A stretch of 64,000 nucleotides of DNA from Myxococcota bacterium (GCA_965228475.1 OZ245817.1:3296001-3360000), one strand, 5' to 3'. Numbered from the stretch's first letter, positions 20,870-31,426 are shown. Numbers and translations are program-made. Notes: generated by a model not told the origin, from the letters alone.

Positions 20870-22339
20870 TCAAAGCGCCCGTTCGAGCTGCTTCGCCAGC
20901 GTCTTCACGATCTCGACGCGTGCGTACCGCTTGTCGTTTCCGGGGATGATCGTCCAGGGCGCGGCGCTCGTGCTCGTGCGCTCGATCATGTCGTGCACGG
21001 CCCGGGCGTATTCGTCCCACCGCTCCCGGTTGCGCCAGTCCTCGTCCGTGAGCTTCCACGCCTTGTGCGGAATCATCTTCCGCTCCTCGAAGCGGCGGAG
21101 CTGCTCGTCGGCGTCGATGTGGACCCAGAACTTCGCCAGGACGATCCCCCGATCGACGAGCTGGCGCTCGAAGAGGTTGATCTCCTTGTAGGCGCGCTCC
21201 CATTCTTCTTCGGAAGCGAAGCCTTCCACGCGCTCGACCAGGACCCGCCCGTACCAGGAACGGTCGAACAGGGCGACCTCGCCGGCCCCCGGCACGTGGC
21301 GCCAGAAGCGCCACAGGTAGTGGTGCGCGCGCTCCTCGTCGGTCGGAGCCGCGAAGGGGTAGACCCGGACGGAGGACACGTCGAGGGCCCGCACGACGCG
21401 CCGGATCGCCCCGCCCTTCCCCGCCGCGTCCCAGCCCTCGAACACCCCGAGCATCGCGGTGCCCTTCTTCTGGGCCGCGCGGTGGGCCTGGTTGAGCCGT
21501 GCCTGGGCCTTCTTGAGCTGGCTCTTGTACTCGCCGCTCTCGAGCTTCTTCGAAACGTCGACGGCGTCGAGCACCGTGACGCTGTTCGAGGTCGAGACCG
21601 CCTCGATCTTCTTCTCGGCGCGCTCCGCCGGTTTGGCCGCCAGGCGCTCCCGGATGGACGCGAGCAACAGCTCTCCGACCCGGAGGCTGCGGTAGCGCTC
21701 GTTCTCGCCTTCGACGATGTGCCAGGGCGCGCGCCCCGTGCTCGTGCGCGAGATGATCGTCTCGGCGGTCGCGATGAACGAGTCGTACCGCTTCCAGTGG
21801 TCCCAATCCTTCTTCGTCACCCGCCAGCGCTGGAGCGGATCCTTCTCGAGCTTCTTGAAGCGCCGCTTCTGGGCGTCGCGAGAGAGATGCATCCAGAACT
21901 TCAGGATCAGCGTCCCGTCGTTGGCGAGCATGCGCTCGAAGGCCTCGATCTCGTCGAGGGCGCGTTCGAGATCGGCGTCCTTGCCGCCCTTCGCATGGTC
22001 GAGAAGCGGGCGCGAGTACCAGGCCGAAAGCAGGATGCCGATCTGCCCCCGCGGCGGCAGCGCACGCCAGAAGCGCCAGAAGCGCGGGCGTTCGCGCGAC
22101 GCCTGCATCGGCGCCTTGAAGGCGCGCGTCATGATCCAGCGCGGGTCCATCCACTCGTTGAGGAGCTGCGCCGTCTCGCTCTTGCCCCCGCCGTCGACGC
22201 CGCCGAAGAGGATGATGACGGGGAAGTTCGCGCTCTTGAGTTCCTGCTGGACCATCAGCAGCGCCGTGCGGAGCTTCTCCTCCCGTTCGCGGTACTCGTC
22301 CTTGCCGACCCTGCGGCCCAGCTCCGCCGTCTCGAACAC
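20870..22339 (-). CDS. pap: Polyphosphate:AMP phosphotransferase (two-domain PPK2)
   Basis: MFETAELG start after GGAGG. Two PPK2 domains: GVDGGGKS and FEGWDAAGKGG, FDRSWYGRVLVERVEG, WKLTDEDWRNR. Confidence 0.93.
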   Translation of the reverse strand: MFETAELGRRVGKDEYREREEKLRTALLMVQQELKSANFPVIILFGGVDGGGKSETAQLLNEWMDPRWIMTRAFKAPMQASRERPRFWRFWRALPPRGQIGILLSAWYSRPLLDHAKGGKDADLERALDEIEAFERMLANDGTLILKFWMHLSRDAQKRRFKKLEKDPLQRWRVTKKDWDHWKRYDSFIATAETIISRTSTGRAPWHIVEGENERYRSLRVGELLLASIRERLAAKPAERAEKKIEAVSTSNSVTVLDAVDVSKKLESGEYKSQLKKAQARLNQAHRAAQKKGTAMLGVFEGWDAAGKGGAIRRVVRALDVSSVRVYPFAAPTDEERAHHYLWRFWRHVPGAGEVALFDRSWYGRVLVERVEGFASEEEWERAYKEINLFERQLVDRGIVLAKFWVHIDADEQLRRFEERKMIPHKAWKLTDEDWRNRERWDEYARAVHDMIERTSTSAAPWTIIPGNDKRYARVEIVKTLAKQLERAL

Positions 22340-22489
22340 GTCGCCTCCCTGGCACGGGGGCAGAGGCCCCCGCACGAACGGTATCGTCGAAGCGGCGCTT
22401 CGGCTTGCCTCGGAATCGCCCCAACGGCCCGGCTCCGGGGCCCGCACTGTGCGCTCGCGCGCGGTCCGGGACAGAATGCCTCGTGGCCG

Positions 22490-23971
22490 CTAACGGATCC
22501 CTCGCTCGCGCAGGGCCTCCTGGATCTCGAGAACGCGCCCGCGATCGAGGTCGTAGCGGCGGAAGTAGACGAGGGACGCGGTCACGAGCACGGCGAGCGA
22601 GAGCGCGCTCGCGAGGCCGAGATCGTGCACGACGTCGATGTGGACCTCGGCCGGGTCCGTGCCCGGCACGAGGCCGACGACGTCGAGGATCACGCCCGCG
22701 ATCTGCGCGCCCAACCCGAAGACGAGCTTCGCGGCGAAGGAAGACGCGCCGAAGAAGACCCCCTCCCGGCGCCGGCCGAAGCGGAGCGCATCTTCTTCCG
22801 CGACGTCGGCCATCATCGACTGCCCCGTCACCATCGCCGAAGCCAGGAAGAAGTGCGCGATGCCCCCCGTCACGACCACCCAGAGCGCGATGCTCGCCGG
22901 CCCCCCGAGCTCGGGCCAGAACCCGGCGATCACCAGCAGGTAGGGAATGACGACGAAGACCACATAGCCCGTCATGCCCGAGATGAAGACGGGCTTCTTG
23001 TCCGTCCGGGCCGCGCGGCGCGTCCAGTAGACCAGCCCGGAGAAGATGCCGACTCCCGTCGCGACGCCCCACACCACCATCTGGTCCGTCGACGCCTTCC
23101 AGAAGTACGTCCCGGTGTGGAGGCCGAGCGTCACCGCCACGCCCCAGGCGGTGAAGAGCAAGGCCGTGCCGAAGAAGAGCGCGCGGAAGGAGGCGAGCGT
23201 GAGCGCCTCGCGCGTGTCCGTCCAGACCGAGCGCCACACGCTCTGGGTCTGCACGACCGGCTCGCGCAGGTAGGGCACCCGGTCGCGCGTCTTCCACGCC
23301 GTCCCGAAGACGAGCACCACCATGGCGACGCTGCACAGGAGTGCGTAGGTCGGGTAGGCGGCGGGGTCGAAGCGCCCGTCCGGGAAGGCCTCGCTCGGGC
23401 GCATCAGTACGAGGAAGGCGAAGCCTGGGAAGATCGCCGCGCTGCGCGCGAAGGCGTGGCGCAGGGTCACGAGCAGCGTGCGCTCTTCGTAGTCGTCGGT
23501 CAGCTCGGCGCCGAGGGAGAGGTGCGGCACGTGGAAGAGCGTCACGGAGCCACGGCAGAGCACCGTGAAGGTCAAGAGCCAGGCGAACAGGCCGTAGTCC
23601 CCGAGCCCCTCCGGCGGCGAGAAGGCCAGGTAGAACGTCAGACCGAGCGGGATCGCCGAGGCGAACAGGTAGGGGTGCCGCCGGCCGAGCCGCGAGCGCG
23701 TGCGGTCCGAGAGCACCCCGACCAGCGGGTCCGTGACGGCGTCGAAGACCAGGGAGATCAGGATGGCGAGGCCCGCGAGCGAGCCCGGCATCCCGAGGAC
23801 CTGGTTGTAGTAGAAGAGCAGGAACGTCGCGAAGGACTCGTTCTTGATGCCCTCGGCCATCTGGCCGCTCGCGTACCAGAGGCGCGTGGCCCGGGAGAGC
23901 GGCGGCGCGGCGGGCACCGCGCCGGGAGCGGGCGCTGTCGTGGCTTCGGCGGGGGTCACGGGCCCGGGCAT
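22490..23971 (-). CDS. MFS transporter, glycoside-pentoside-hexuronide (GPH) family
   Basis: FDAVTDPLVG.LSDRTRSRLGRRHPY, PH.SLGAELT.DY.ERT, SMMADV.E....G.RREG.F. About 12 hydrophobic segments. Confidence 0.92.
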   Translation of the reverse strand: MPGPVTPAEATTAPAPGAVPAAPPLSRATRLWYASGQMAEGIKNESFATFLLFYYNQVLGMPGSLAGLAILISLVFDAVTDPLVGVLSDRTRSRLGRRHPYLFASAIPLGLTFYLAFSPPEGLGDYGLFAWLLTFTVLCRGSVTLFHVPHLSLGAELTDDYEERTLLVTLRHAFARSAAIFPGFAFLVLMRPSEAFPDGRFDPAAYPTYALLCSVAMVVLVFGTAWKTRDRVPYLREPVVQTQSVWRSVWTDTREALTLASFRALFFGTALLFTAWGVAVTLGLHTGTYFWKASTDQMVVWGVATGVGIFSGLVYWTRRAARTDKKPVFISGMTGYVVFVVIPYLLVIAGFWPELGGPASIALWVVVTGGIAHFFLASAMVTGQSMMADVAEEDALRFGRRREGVFFGASSFAAKLVFGLGAQIAGVILDVVGLVPGTDPAEVHIDVVHDLGLASALSLAVLVTASLVYFRRYDLDRGRVLEIQEALRERGIR

Positions 23972-24030
23972 ATTGGGACCCCGCCCCGCGAGCGGCAACC
24001 CATCGTCGTGCTAAATTCGCCGACCGCCGC

Positions 24031-24122
24031 GGAGGGGTGGCGGAGTCCGGTTGAACGTGCCTGACTCGAAATCAGGTGAGGGGGCAACTCCTCCGTGGGT
24101 TCGAATCCCACCCCCTCCGCCA
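24031..24122 (+). tRNA. tRNA-Ser (anticodon CGA)
   Basis: Acceptor stem GGAGGGG/CCCCTCC + G + CCA. Anticodon arm CCTGA-CT CGA AA-TCAGG, long variable arm, T arm GTGGG-TTCGAAT-CCCAC. Confidence 0.96.
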
Positions 24123-24270
24123 GCTCGCGGGCGTTCCTGCCCGGGACCTCGCTGCGACCTTCCATGCCCCTACGCGCGGGAAACCGCTGGCCAGGTGTGC
24201 GGCAAGGGTCTGCTAGGGTCGGCCGGCCGGTCGGCTGCGGACGCATCGCGCCGACGACGAGGAACGAGCG

Positions 24271-25881
24271 ATGAGTTCGGCTGAGCCGTTCGATCCAGAT
24301 TCATTGTTGTCCCTGCTCGACGGGCTCTATCCCCGTTTCATGGGCCAGATCGACCGCGACCCGGATTCGCCCACCTACGGCTCCTGTGACCGCGGCTTCT
24401 GGATGTACCGCCTGCACGACTTCGATTCGGGCGTGGTTCAGCAGGCCAGCCTTGCGCTCGCCGCGCTGCATGCCCTGGCAGAGCACACGGACTTCGCCGG
24501 CTGCCGCTACCTCGATCGGAAGCAGGCGCCGTACTGGAAGGAACTGGCAGAGGCCGTCAACCGCAGGAACGTTGCGGTGATGGACAAGCGGGGACTGCTC
24601 GACGAGTACTACCCGGGCGAGCGCTCGTTCCCTGCCAGCGTGTTCGCGAGCTACGCGACGCTGAAATCCGCCGCGATGCTCGGACAGCAGACGATCGTCG
24701 AACACGGCCGACTCGACGCCACCGCCCGGGACTTCGCCCAACGCGAGCCGTCGCCGGCGGGGAACCAGGATTCCGCGGCAGCGGCCTTCCTGGCCCTGCG
24801 CGTGGCCCTCGGGCGGGATCCGAGCGGTGAAGCGCAAGCGGCTGCACGGCGCCTGGTGGAGCGCAAGCGCTTTGCCGGCCGCTTCCTCGAGTACGGGGGT
24901 GCGGACCTCGGCTACCTGACCGTGACCCTGAACTATCTCGGCTACCTCCATGCCGACGGCGGCATCGACGTCTCGGGCCCGCTTGTCGAGACCGCCCGAT
25001 TCATCGCCGACTTCATCACGCCGTCTGGACACCTGGGCGGCGAGTACGCGTCGCGCAGCACGACCTATGCCCTCCCCTTCGGAGTCCTGGCCGCGGCGCG
25101 GTGCGATCCTGCATTGGCCGCCCGACTCGCGCCCCTCGACGTGGCGGACGTATTCGCGCGCTTCGACGACCGCTATCTCATGCACTACAGCCTGGCATCC
25201 CTGGCGATGACGGTGCTCGACCTCCATCGGCAGGGCCGGCCGGAGGTGGCCCCCACCGAGACATCAGGCGAATGGTCCATCCGCAACGACGAAGCCGTGG
25301 GACTCCTGCTCGCGCGGCGCGGGCGTTCCTTCCTCGCCGCGGCGCCGCACAAGGGCGGCTCGCTCCAGGTCGACGGACCCGAGGGCGTCGTCGTCGATTG
25401 CGGCTACCGGATCGAACGCGACGGAGCGACCTACGCGACCTGCGTCTTGGACGACGGTGCCGAGACCCGCTTCGAGGAGCAACCCGGCGCCATCGAGCTA
25501 TCCGTGGACGCGCGCTTTCTCCGATACAAGGAGTTGGTCGCAAGCCCGTTGAAGACCATCGTGCTCCGCCTTCTGGGTCTACTCGGTCCGTGGCTCAACG
25601 CCTACTTCAAGCGCGTCCTCATCCAGGACGCCCAGGTTCTGGACGGCGTCCGGCTACGACGGAAGGTGCGGCTCGACCTCGAGCGAGGCGAGTTGACGGT
25701 GGCGGACGACGTCGAGGGAATGTCGGCGGGCGACCGGCTGTCGATCGCGCCCGCGGCCAGCCTCCGCCTGGTACCCAGCGCGAAGTTTCACCAGGCCGGC
25801 GAGGCCGAAGCCCATGTTGCGCGCGGGGAATCCGGCGCACCCTCCATGCCGCGGCGTCGGCGCTTCCGACTGCCCGCCTAG
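24271..25881 (+). CDS. Hypothetical protein in a glycan locus (helical N-terminal part, beta-rich C-terminal part)
   Basis: 536-aa ORF with GAGGA RBS. Motif-like segments DRDPDSPTYGSCDR.FW.Y...DF.SG, DEYYPGE, EYGGAD.GY, GGEY.SR.T. Confidence 0.75.
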   Translation: MSSAEPFDPDSLLSLLDGLYPRFMGQIDRDPDSPTYGSCDRGFWMYRLHDFDSGVVQQASLALAALHALAEHTDFAGCRYLDRKQAPYWKELAEAVNRRNVAVMDKRGLLDEYYPGERSFPASVFASYATLKSAAMLGQQTIVEHGRLDATARDFAQREPSPAGNQDSAAAAFLALRVALGRDPSGEAQAAARRLVERKRFAGRFLEYGGADLGYLTVTLNYLGYLHADGGIDVSGPLVETARFIADFITPSGHLGGEYASRSTTYALPFGVLAAARCDPALAARLAPLDVADVFARFDDRYLMHYSLASLAMTVLDLHRQGRPEVAPTETSGEWSIRNDEAVGLLLARRGRSFLAAAPHKGGSLQVDGPEGVVVDCGYRIERDGATYATCVLDDGAETRFEEQPGAIELSVDARFLRYKELVASPLKTIVLRLLGLLGPWLNAYFKRVLIQDAQVLDGVRLRRKVRLDLERGELTVADDVEGMSAGDRLSIAPAASLRLVPSAKFHQAGEAEAHVARGESGAPSMPRRRRFRLPA

Positions 25882-26004
25882 CCCGCTTGCGCAATCCATG
25901 CGCAGCGGCGGTGCGGCGCGCGTTCGCGATCGAGTGCACCTTGCACCGAGAGCGTTTGCGATAGAGTGTGCGCCGGCTCGCAAGGGCCTGTGCAGAGGTG
26001 GAGC

Positions 26005-27420
26005 ATGAAGCAGACGCAGCAAACGCCCGCGTCGTCCTACTGGAGTCGTTTTCTCTCCGAGGTCATCGAGCCTGGCAATTGCATGCACTGCGGTGCGTGC
26101 GTCGGCCTCAACCCGCAGCTCCTGGAGTTCACGGAGACCGAACGCGGCCCGCTCCCGCGCCCGAAGCGGCCCCTCTCGCAGGAGGAGGATCGGTCACTGC
26201 GATTGGCGTGGGCCGTATGCTCCGGACGCGGCGCGCCCTACCCCGAGCTGTTCGAGTTCATGGGCAGCCCGGCCCAAGACCTCATGCTCGGCCCTTACCG
26301 CAAGGTCTACACCGGCTTCGCCGCAGACGAAGCGATCCGGCGACGGGGCGCTTCCGGCGGTGTGATCAGCCGAACCCTGATTCACCTGCTCGAGAACGGT
26401 CACGTCGATGGCGCGGTGATCCTCCGCCAGGGACGCTTCCGCCCTGACGAGGCCGCCCCGCTGATCGCCACGACTCCGGAGGAGGTATTGGCGTCCGCCC
26501 AGAGTGTCTACGCGGTGACGCCGATGCTGACGGCGCTTCCCGAGATGGAGACCTTCCAGGGCCGGCTCGCCTTCGTGGGCCTGCCGGAGCAGGTCTCGGT
26601 GCTGCGCATGCTTCAAGCGGCCGGCCATCCCGCGGCGACCAAGGTCGAGTTCGTTGCCGGGCCCTACACCGGTACGAACATGTACGCCGGCGCGGTGCGC
26701 GCCTTCCTCCGCGGCCATGGCGTCCGTGACGACGTCGCCATCACCTCGCTGCAGTGGCGGGCGGGGGAGTGGCCCGGCTACCTGCGCGTGGAGACCGAGG
26801 ATGGGCGAGTCTTCAAGGCCGAGAAGTTCTACTACAACTATTTGATTCCCTTCTACGTCTCGCGCCACTGCCAGATCATCCCCGACTTCGCCAACGAACT
26901 GACGGATCTCTCCATCGGCGATGCCTGGTCGCCGAAGTTCGAGAGCATGGGCGGTGGCCACTCGGTGGTCGTGGCACGAACTACCTTCTGCCAGGAGCTG
27001 ATGGAGAAGATGCGCGCCCAGGGCGAGCTCGAGCTCGACGACGTACCGGTCGACCAGGCACTCGCCATGCACGGCCACATGATCGACTTCAAGAAGCGAG
27101 GCTCCTTCCTCCGACTCGACGGCCAGCGCCGTCGGGGCCTGCCGGTCCCGGACAACGGCTACCGGCCCGTCGGCATCCCCTTCTCCCGCCGCTTCGTGGA
27201 GAGCATCATCAGCTCCTTCTTTTGGATTGGCCGCCAGCGCTGGGCGCGCTGGCTGATCTCGGCGCTGCCGCTCTCTCTCGTCGGCCCCACCTTCGACTTC
27301 ATGCGCAAGAGCTGGAAGGGCATCTCGAAGCCCACCAAGCGCAAGGGGCTGGCCGAGGCCAGTTTCCGCACGTGGGACAACCCCGAGCGGTGGAAGGAGA
27401 TCGCGCGGGTCGACCCGTGA
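26005..27420 (+). CDS. Coenzyme F420 hydrogenase/dehydrogenase beta-subunit (FrhB/FdhB) family Fe-S flavoprotein
   Basis: [31 protein letters not shown]....[21 protein letters not shown]. Confidence 0.88.
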   Translation: MKQTQQTPASSYWSRFLSEVIEPGNCMHCGACVGLNPQLLEFTETERGPLPRPKRPLSQEEDRSLRLAWAVCSGRGAPYPELFEFMGSPAQDLMLGPYRKVYTGFAADEAIRRRGASGGVISRTLIHLLENGHVDGAVILRQGRFRPDEAAPLIATTPEEVLASAQSVYAVTPMLTALPEMETFQGRLAFVGLPEQVSVLRMLQAAGHPAATKVEFVAGPYTGTNMYAGAVRAFLRGHGVRDDVAITSLQWRAGEWPGYLRVETEDGRVFKAEKFYYNYLIPFYVSRHCQIIPDFANELTDLSIGDAWSPKFESMGGGHSVVVARTTFCQELMEKMRAQGELELDDVPVDQALAMHGHMIDFKKRGSFLRLDGQRRRGLPVPDNGYRPVGIPFSRRFVESIISSFFWIGRQRWARWLISALPLSLVGPTFDFMRKSWKGISKPTKRKGLAEASFRTWDNPERWKEIARVDP

Positions 27421-28883
27421 GCGCCTCCGACGACGCGGGCGAGGCGAAGCGCGGGACGATCTGGCTGACGGTCGCGCAGCTCTGGCACGCCGTGTCCGGC
27501 TACGTCGTCTTCGTGACTGCGGCTCGAATCCTCGGCCCGGAGGACTTCGGCGACTTCGGCCTGATCTCCTGGACCATGACGGCGCTCGAGGTGTTCGTGG
27601 TGACCGGCGTCCCGCGGGCGGTTTCGTACTTCGTGGCGAGTCGACCCGAGGAGTCGCGGGGGATCGCACTGCGGGGCCTGCGGGTGACCCTCGCCCTCGG
27701 GGGCGGGATGGCCGTCCTGCTCTTGGCGCTCGCACCGACGCTGGCGGCCCTCTGGGGCGACCCGAAGCTGGCGACCGCCACACGGATCTCGGCGCTCGAC
27801 TTCGTCGCCTTCGCGACCTTCGCCGTCCTGGTCCAGGCCGTGAACGGTCTCCGCCTGTTCGGCCGCCAAGCCGCGATCTGGATGCTCTACAGCTCGGCGA
27901 AGGTCGCCTTCGTGGTCGGCTTCATCGCGATGGGCGGCGGCATCACGGGCGGAATCCTCGGCTACGTACTCGCTTCGACCTTCGCGAGCATGGTGGCGGT
28001 GTTGCTGGCCCGCCTCCCGGTGGGCGCGGGGCGAGTTCCGACTCGCCTCGCTCCCGCGCGCTTCCTCTCCTTCGGAGTGGCCATGGCGTGCCAGGCCCTC
28101 TCTCTCATGCTGATGCTCACGCTCGACTTGTGGGCGACGAAGTGGGCCACGGACGATCGGACGACCGAGGGCGCCTACGTTGCCGCCAGCACCCTGGCGC
28201 GCGTCCTGTACTTCGTATTCGTGGCCGTTGCAGAGGTGGCGTTGCCGACCGTCGTGCACCGATGGCAGTCAGGGCGCCGGCATGAGGCCACCGAGACCGC
28301 GCGGGACGTCCTCCGCCTGCTGCTTTGCGTCCTCCTACCTGCCACGGGCCTGGCGACCGGAGCTGCCCCCGGAGTCCTCGAATTCGTCTACGGCGCTGGC
28401 CAGGGCTACGGCGCGGCGGCCCCTTTCCTCCTGCTTCTCGCGCCGGCTGCCGCCGCCCTGACCCTTGCGGGCGTCCTGGCTTCGCTGGTGGTCGCTTCCG
28501 GCCGCGCAAATTCCGCCGCGCTGCTGCTCCTGACCTTCCTCGCTCTCGACGCAGCGGCGGTGTTCATCCTCGCGGAGAGGAACGGCGCACAGGGTGCCGC
28601 CTTGGGCACACTGGTCGTGTCGGGTCTCGCCATGGTCGCCTTGGCCGTGGCCACGGCGCGCATCTACGGTGCGGCCTTGCTGCCCTGGCGGACCGCTCTC
28701 CCGGCCGCCGCCGTTGCGCTCGCGATTCACATGGCGCTCGCCGCCTGGGCACCGAGCGGCTGGCTGCTTCTCCCGGCCGGAGCTCTGCTCGGCATCCTTG
28801 GCGTGGGCATCCTGGCCGCCGTCGGCGCCTTCTCACTCCGCGGCCTCCGTGGGTCGACCCCGGGCTCGACCGGCAGCGGATGA
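27417..28883 (+). CDS. Oligosaccharide flippase (Wzx/MOP family)
   Basis: AR.LGPEDFG.F near the N-terminus, G.Y.AA..LA, 12-14 hydrophobic segments. GTGA overlap with the FrhB-like gene. Confidence 0.85.
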   Translation: MSASDDAGEAKRGTIWLTVAQLWHAVSGYVVFVTAARILGPEDFGDFGLISWTMTALEVFVVTGVPRAVSYFVASRPEESRGIALRGLRVTLALGGGMAVLLLALAPTLAALWGDPKLATATRISALDFVAFATFAVLVQAVNGLRLFGRQAAIWMLYSSAKVAFVVGFIAMGGGITGGILGYVLASTFASMVAVLLARLPVGAGRVPTRLAPARFLSFGVAMACQALSLMLMLTLDLWATKWATDDRTTEGAYVAASTLARVLYFVFVAVAEVALPTVVHRWQSGRRHEATETARDVLRLLLCVLLPATGLATGAAPGVLEFVYGAGQGYGAAAPFLLLLAPAAAALTLAGVLASLVVASGRANSAALLLLTFLALDAAAVFILAERNGAQGAALGTLVVSGLAMVALAVATARIYGAALLPWRTALPAAAVALAIHMALAAWAPSGWLLLPAGALLGILGVGILAAVGAFSLRGLRGSTPGSTGSG

Positions 28884-29004
28884 GCAGCCCTTCACCCTTG
28901 GGAATCCGCTTCCGAGGCGCCCTTGGGTTGACGCCACCCCCCTGGGGATGAGAGACTCGCCCGGTCCACGTCTGCTGTAGAAGCCGCGAAGGAGATCCTC
29001 CAAC

Positions 29005-29961
29005 ATGACTGCTCACATCAGTGTCGTCATTCCCCTGCTCGACGAGGAGGGGACCCTCGAGAAGCTCCACGCCCAACTCTCCGAGGTCCTCGGCGAACTC
29101 GGAAACCCTTACGAAATCCTGTTCATCGACGACGGCAGCACGGATCGCAGCGGCAGCATCCTGGACCAGCTCGCGGAGGAGGACCCCCACGTGGGCGTCA
29201 TCCATTTCCGCAGGAACTTCGGCAAGGCAGCCGCCCTCGACGCCGGATTCCGCGAGGCCACGGGCGACATCATCCTGACCATGGACGCCGACCTCCAGGA
29301 TGACCCCCACGAGATCCCCAAGTTCCTGGCGGAGATCGAGAAGGGTGCGGATCTCGTGAGCGGCTGGAAGCAGCACCGCCACGACCCGCTCGACAAGACG
29401 CTGCCCTCGAAGGTCTTCAACGCGATCCTGAGCAAGGTCTCGGGCCTCCAACTCAACGACTTCAACTGCGGCTTCAAGGCCTACCGGGCCGAGGTCGCCC
29501 AGGCCGTGAATCTCTATGGCGAGCTCCACCGGTTCGTTCCGGTGCTGGCCTTCTGGAGGGGCTTCCGCGTCTCCGAGATCGCCGTCCAGCACCATCCCCG
29601 CACCAGCGGCGTATCCAAGTACGGCGTGGAGCGGATGGCCAAGGGCTTCTTCGACCTCCTGACCGTGCTTCTCAACACGCGCTATCGGAGCCGCCCCCTC
29701 CACCTGTTCGGTGGCGCTGGGACCGTGCTGGGCCTGCTGGGCGGCTCGATGCTCTTCTACCTGTTCGCCGCATCCGTGTTCGGCATCGATGCGATGCGAC
29801 CGCGGCCCCTGCTCTACATGGGCTTGATGCTCCTGACGGTGGGCGTCCAGCTGGTCAGCACGGGGCTCCTGGCGGAGCTCGTCAACCGGACCGGCGAGGA
29901 TTCTCAGGCGCGCTACGCAGTCCGCCGCTTCATGGCTCCGCAGCAGCGCAAGCAGCAGTAG
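29005..29961 (+). CDS. GT2 polyprenyl-phosphate glycosyltransferase (ArnC/GtrB-like)
   Basis: ISVVIP..DEE, FIDDGSTD, RNFGKAAAL.AGF, TMDADLQDDP, DFNCGFKAY, two C-terminal TM helices. AAGGAG RBS. Confidence 0.93.
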   Translation: MTAHISVVIPLLDEEGTLEKLHAQLSEVLGELGNPYEILFIDDGSTDRSGSILDQLAEEDPHVGVIHFRRNFGKAAALDAGFREATGDIILTMDADLQDDPHEIPKFLAEIEKGADLVSGWKQHRHDPLDKTLPSKVFNAILSKVSGLQLNDFNCGFKAYRAEVAQAVNLYGELHRFVPVLAFWRGFRVSEIAVQHHPRTSGVSKYGVERMAKGFFDLLTVLLNTRYRSRPLHLFGGAGTVLGLLGGSMLFYLFAASVFGIDAMRPRPLLYMGLMLLTVGVQLVSTGLLAELVNRTGEDSQARYAVRRFMAPQQRKQQ

Positions 29962-29980
29962 TCGCGCCTCACCTGCGCCC

Positions 29981-31264
29981 ATGACCACGGGTTCCTCTCT
30001 GGGCAAGCGCTTGGCTGGGTACGCGATCCTCGTCGCGATCGCGCTGCTGTTCGTCCGGATCTTCGACACGGAGAAGCACGCGGACTGGGGGCTCATGGTC
30101 CCCTTCCTGAGCGGTGCGGCGAACTACGAACTGGGGAAGGGCTGGCGCTTCAACGAGGCGGACATTGCCACCTTCTCGGCGCTCCCCTCGCGCGAGGCGC
30201 AGCAGAACTACCGCTTCGAGCCCTCCGACGAGTCGACCCTCGAGCCCTACAACTTCTCTTCCAGAGGCTTCTTGTTCGTCGTGCTGGCGGCCCGCACCCT
30301 GTTTCCGTGGCAGGGAGATCTGCAGGCCACCGAGTCGCTACAGGCGGCCGTCCACATCCTCATCTCGATCCTGATGATCTCCCTGCTGTCGTCCCCCACC
30401 AGCCGGGCCCTGTTCTTCGTGCTGTACACGGTGAACCCGCTCATCCTCATGGTGACGACGGCGCCTTACTACTACTTCTGGCAGGTGGTCCCGTCCGCGT
30501 GCCTCCTTCCCATGCTCTGGGATCGAGACCTCCGCTACGGCCGGTGGCTGGTCGCGATCGCGGTGATCCTTGCCGCCAGCTACGCGATCCGACCCACGAC
30601 ACTCTTCCCTGCCATGTTCTTCTTCGCGCTGGCGTTTTTGCGCGATTCCAAGCCGTTGGCCGTCGGAGCGCTCGTGCTCTACTTCGTGCTGGCGATTCCG
30701 GTCTTCGGCGGGAACCTGGCAAGCAAGGACCCTTGGCACACTGCCTACATCGGCCTCGGCGCCTGGCCGAACCCGCACGTCCCGGCCTTCGAAGACACCT
30801 TTGCATTCGTGTTGTACGAGGAAGAACACGGCGAACGCGTGCGAGTCGGCGCGGGCGGGAACTATCGCGACCCAGAGGTCCGGGCGGAGATGAGCCGGCT
30901 GGCTCGGGATGCGTACATGGAGATCGCGCGCGAGGAGCCGCTGATGATCGTGCGCAACGCCGCGCTGAACTTCTTCCAATCGTACTCGGTCGGCTACATC
31001 TCCGACAGCCAGCTGCTGAGCTATGCGAGTGCGCTGATCGGCCTCGGGACGATCGGCGTCCTTCTCTTCTTCGGCAAGTTCGCGTTCCTGATCGCCATCG
31101 GCCTCTCGACGATCGCCACGGTACCGCTCGCGCCGCCCAACCACGTCTACGGCTTCTCGAACTACCTGCTCCTCGTGGGGGCGTTCATCCACCTGGTCCG
31201 GCAGTTCGGGGTATCCGATCGGGTGGACGCCTTCATCCATGCGCGGATGCCGAACCGGGGATGA
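29981..31264 (+). CDS. Polytopic membrane protein, probable GT-C-fold glycosyltransferase
   Basis: About 9-10 TM segments with two large loops, IRP motif, WH..YIGLG. Follows the GT2 gene. Confidence 0.6.
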   Translation: MTTGSSLGKRLAGYAILVAIALLFVRIFDTEKHADWGLMVPFLSGAANYELGKGWRFNEADIATFSALPSREAQQNYRFEPSDESTLEPYNFSSRGFLFVVLAARTLFPWQGDLQATESLQAAVHILISILMISLLSSPTSRALFFVLYTVNPLILMVTTAPYYYFWQVVPSACLLPMLWDRDLRYGRWLVAIAVILAASYAIRPTTLFPAMFFFALAFLRDSKPLAVGALVLYFVLAIPVFGGNLASKDPWHTAYIGLGAWPNPHVPAFEDTFAFVLYEEEHGERVRVGAGGNYRDPEVRAEMSRLARDAYMEIAREEPLMIVRNAALNFFQSYSVGYISDSQLLSYASALIGLGTIGVLLFFGKFAFLIAIGLSTIATVPLAPPNHVYGFSNYLLLVGAFIHLVRQFGVSDRVDAFIHARMPNRG

Positions 31265-31426
31265 CCCGGAGGAAGCGGCCGAGCATGCGGACCTCGGCGT
31301 CGATGCGCACCGCGGATCCGAGCCTGACGATTCGCTGGGCCTGAGCCCAGCCGTGGGGACCTCTCCGCCCTGAGGTGACTGGCTCGCCAAGGGCTCCATG
31401 CCCGGACGCGAATCAATAGACCGAGT

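Noticed and set aside
24095..24122. att site of a prophage or ICE at tRNA-Ser
   Set aside because: No second copy of the tRNA 3' end was found by eye, and there is no integrase or phage gene in the window.
26005..27420. F420-reducing hydrogenase or methanogenesis function
   Set aside because: No other hydrogenase subunits are present, and the context is a glycan locus.
31261..31344. 27-aa ORF MTRRKRPSMRTSASMRTADPSLTIRWA overlapping the upstream stop (ATGA)
   Set aside because: It is not coupled to any downstream gene and has no recognisable motif, so it may be chance or a remnant.
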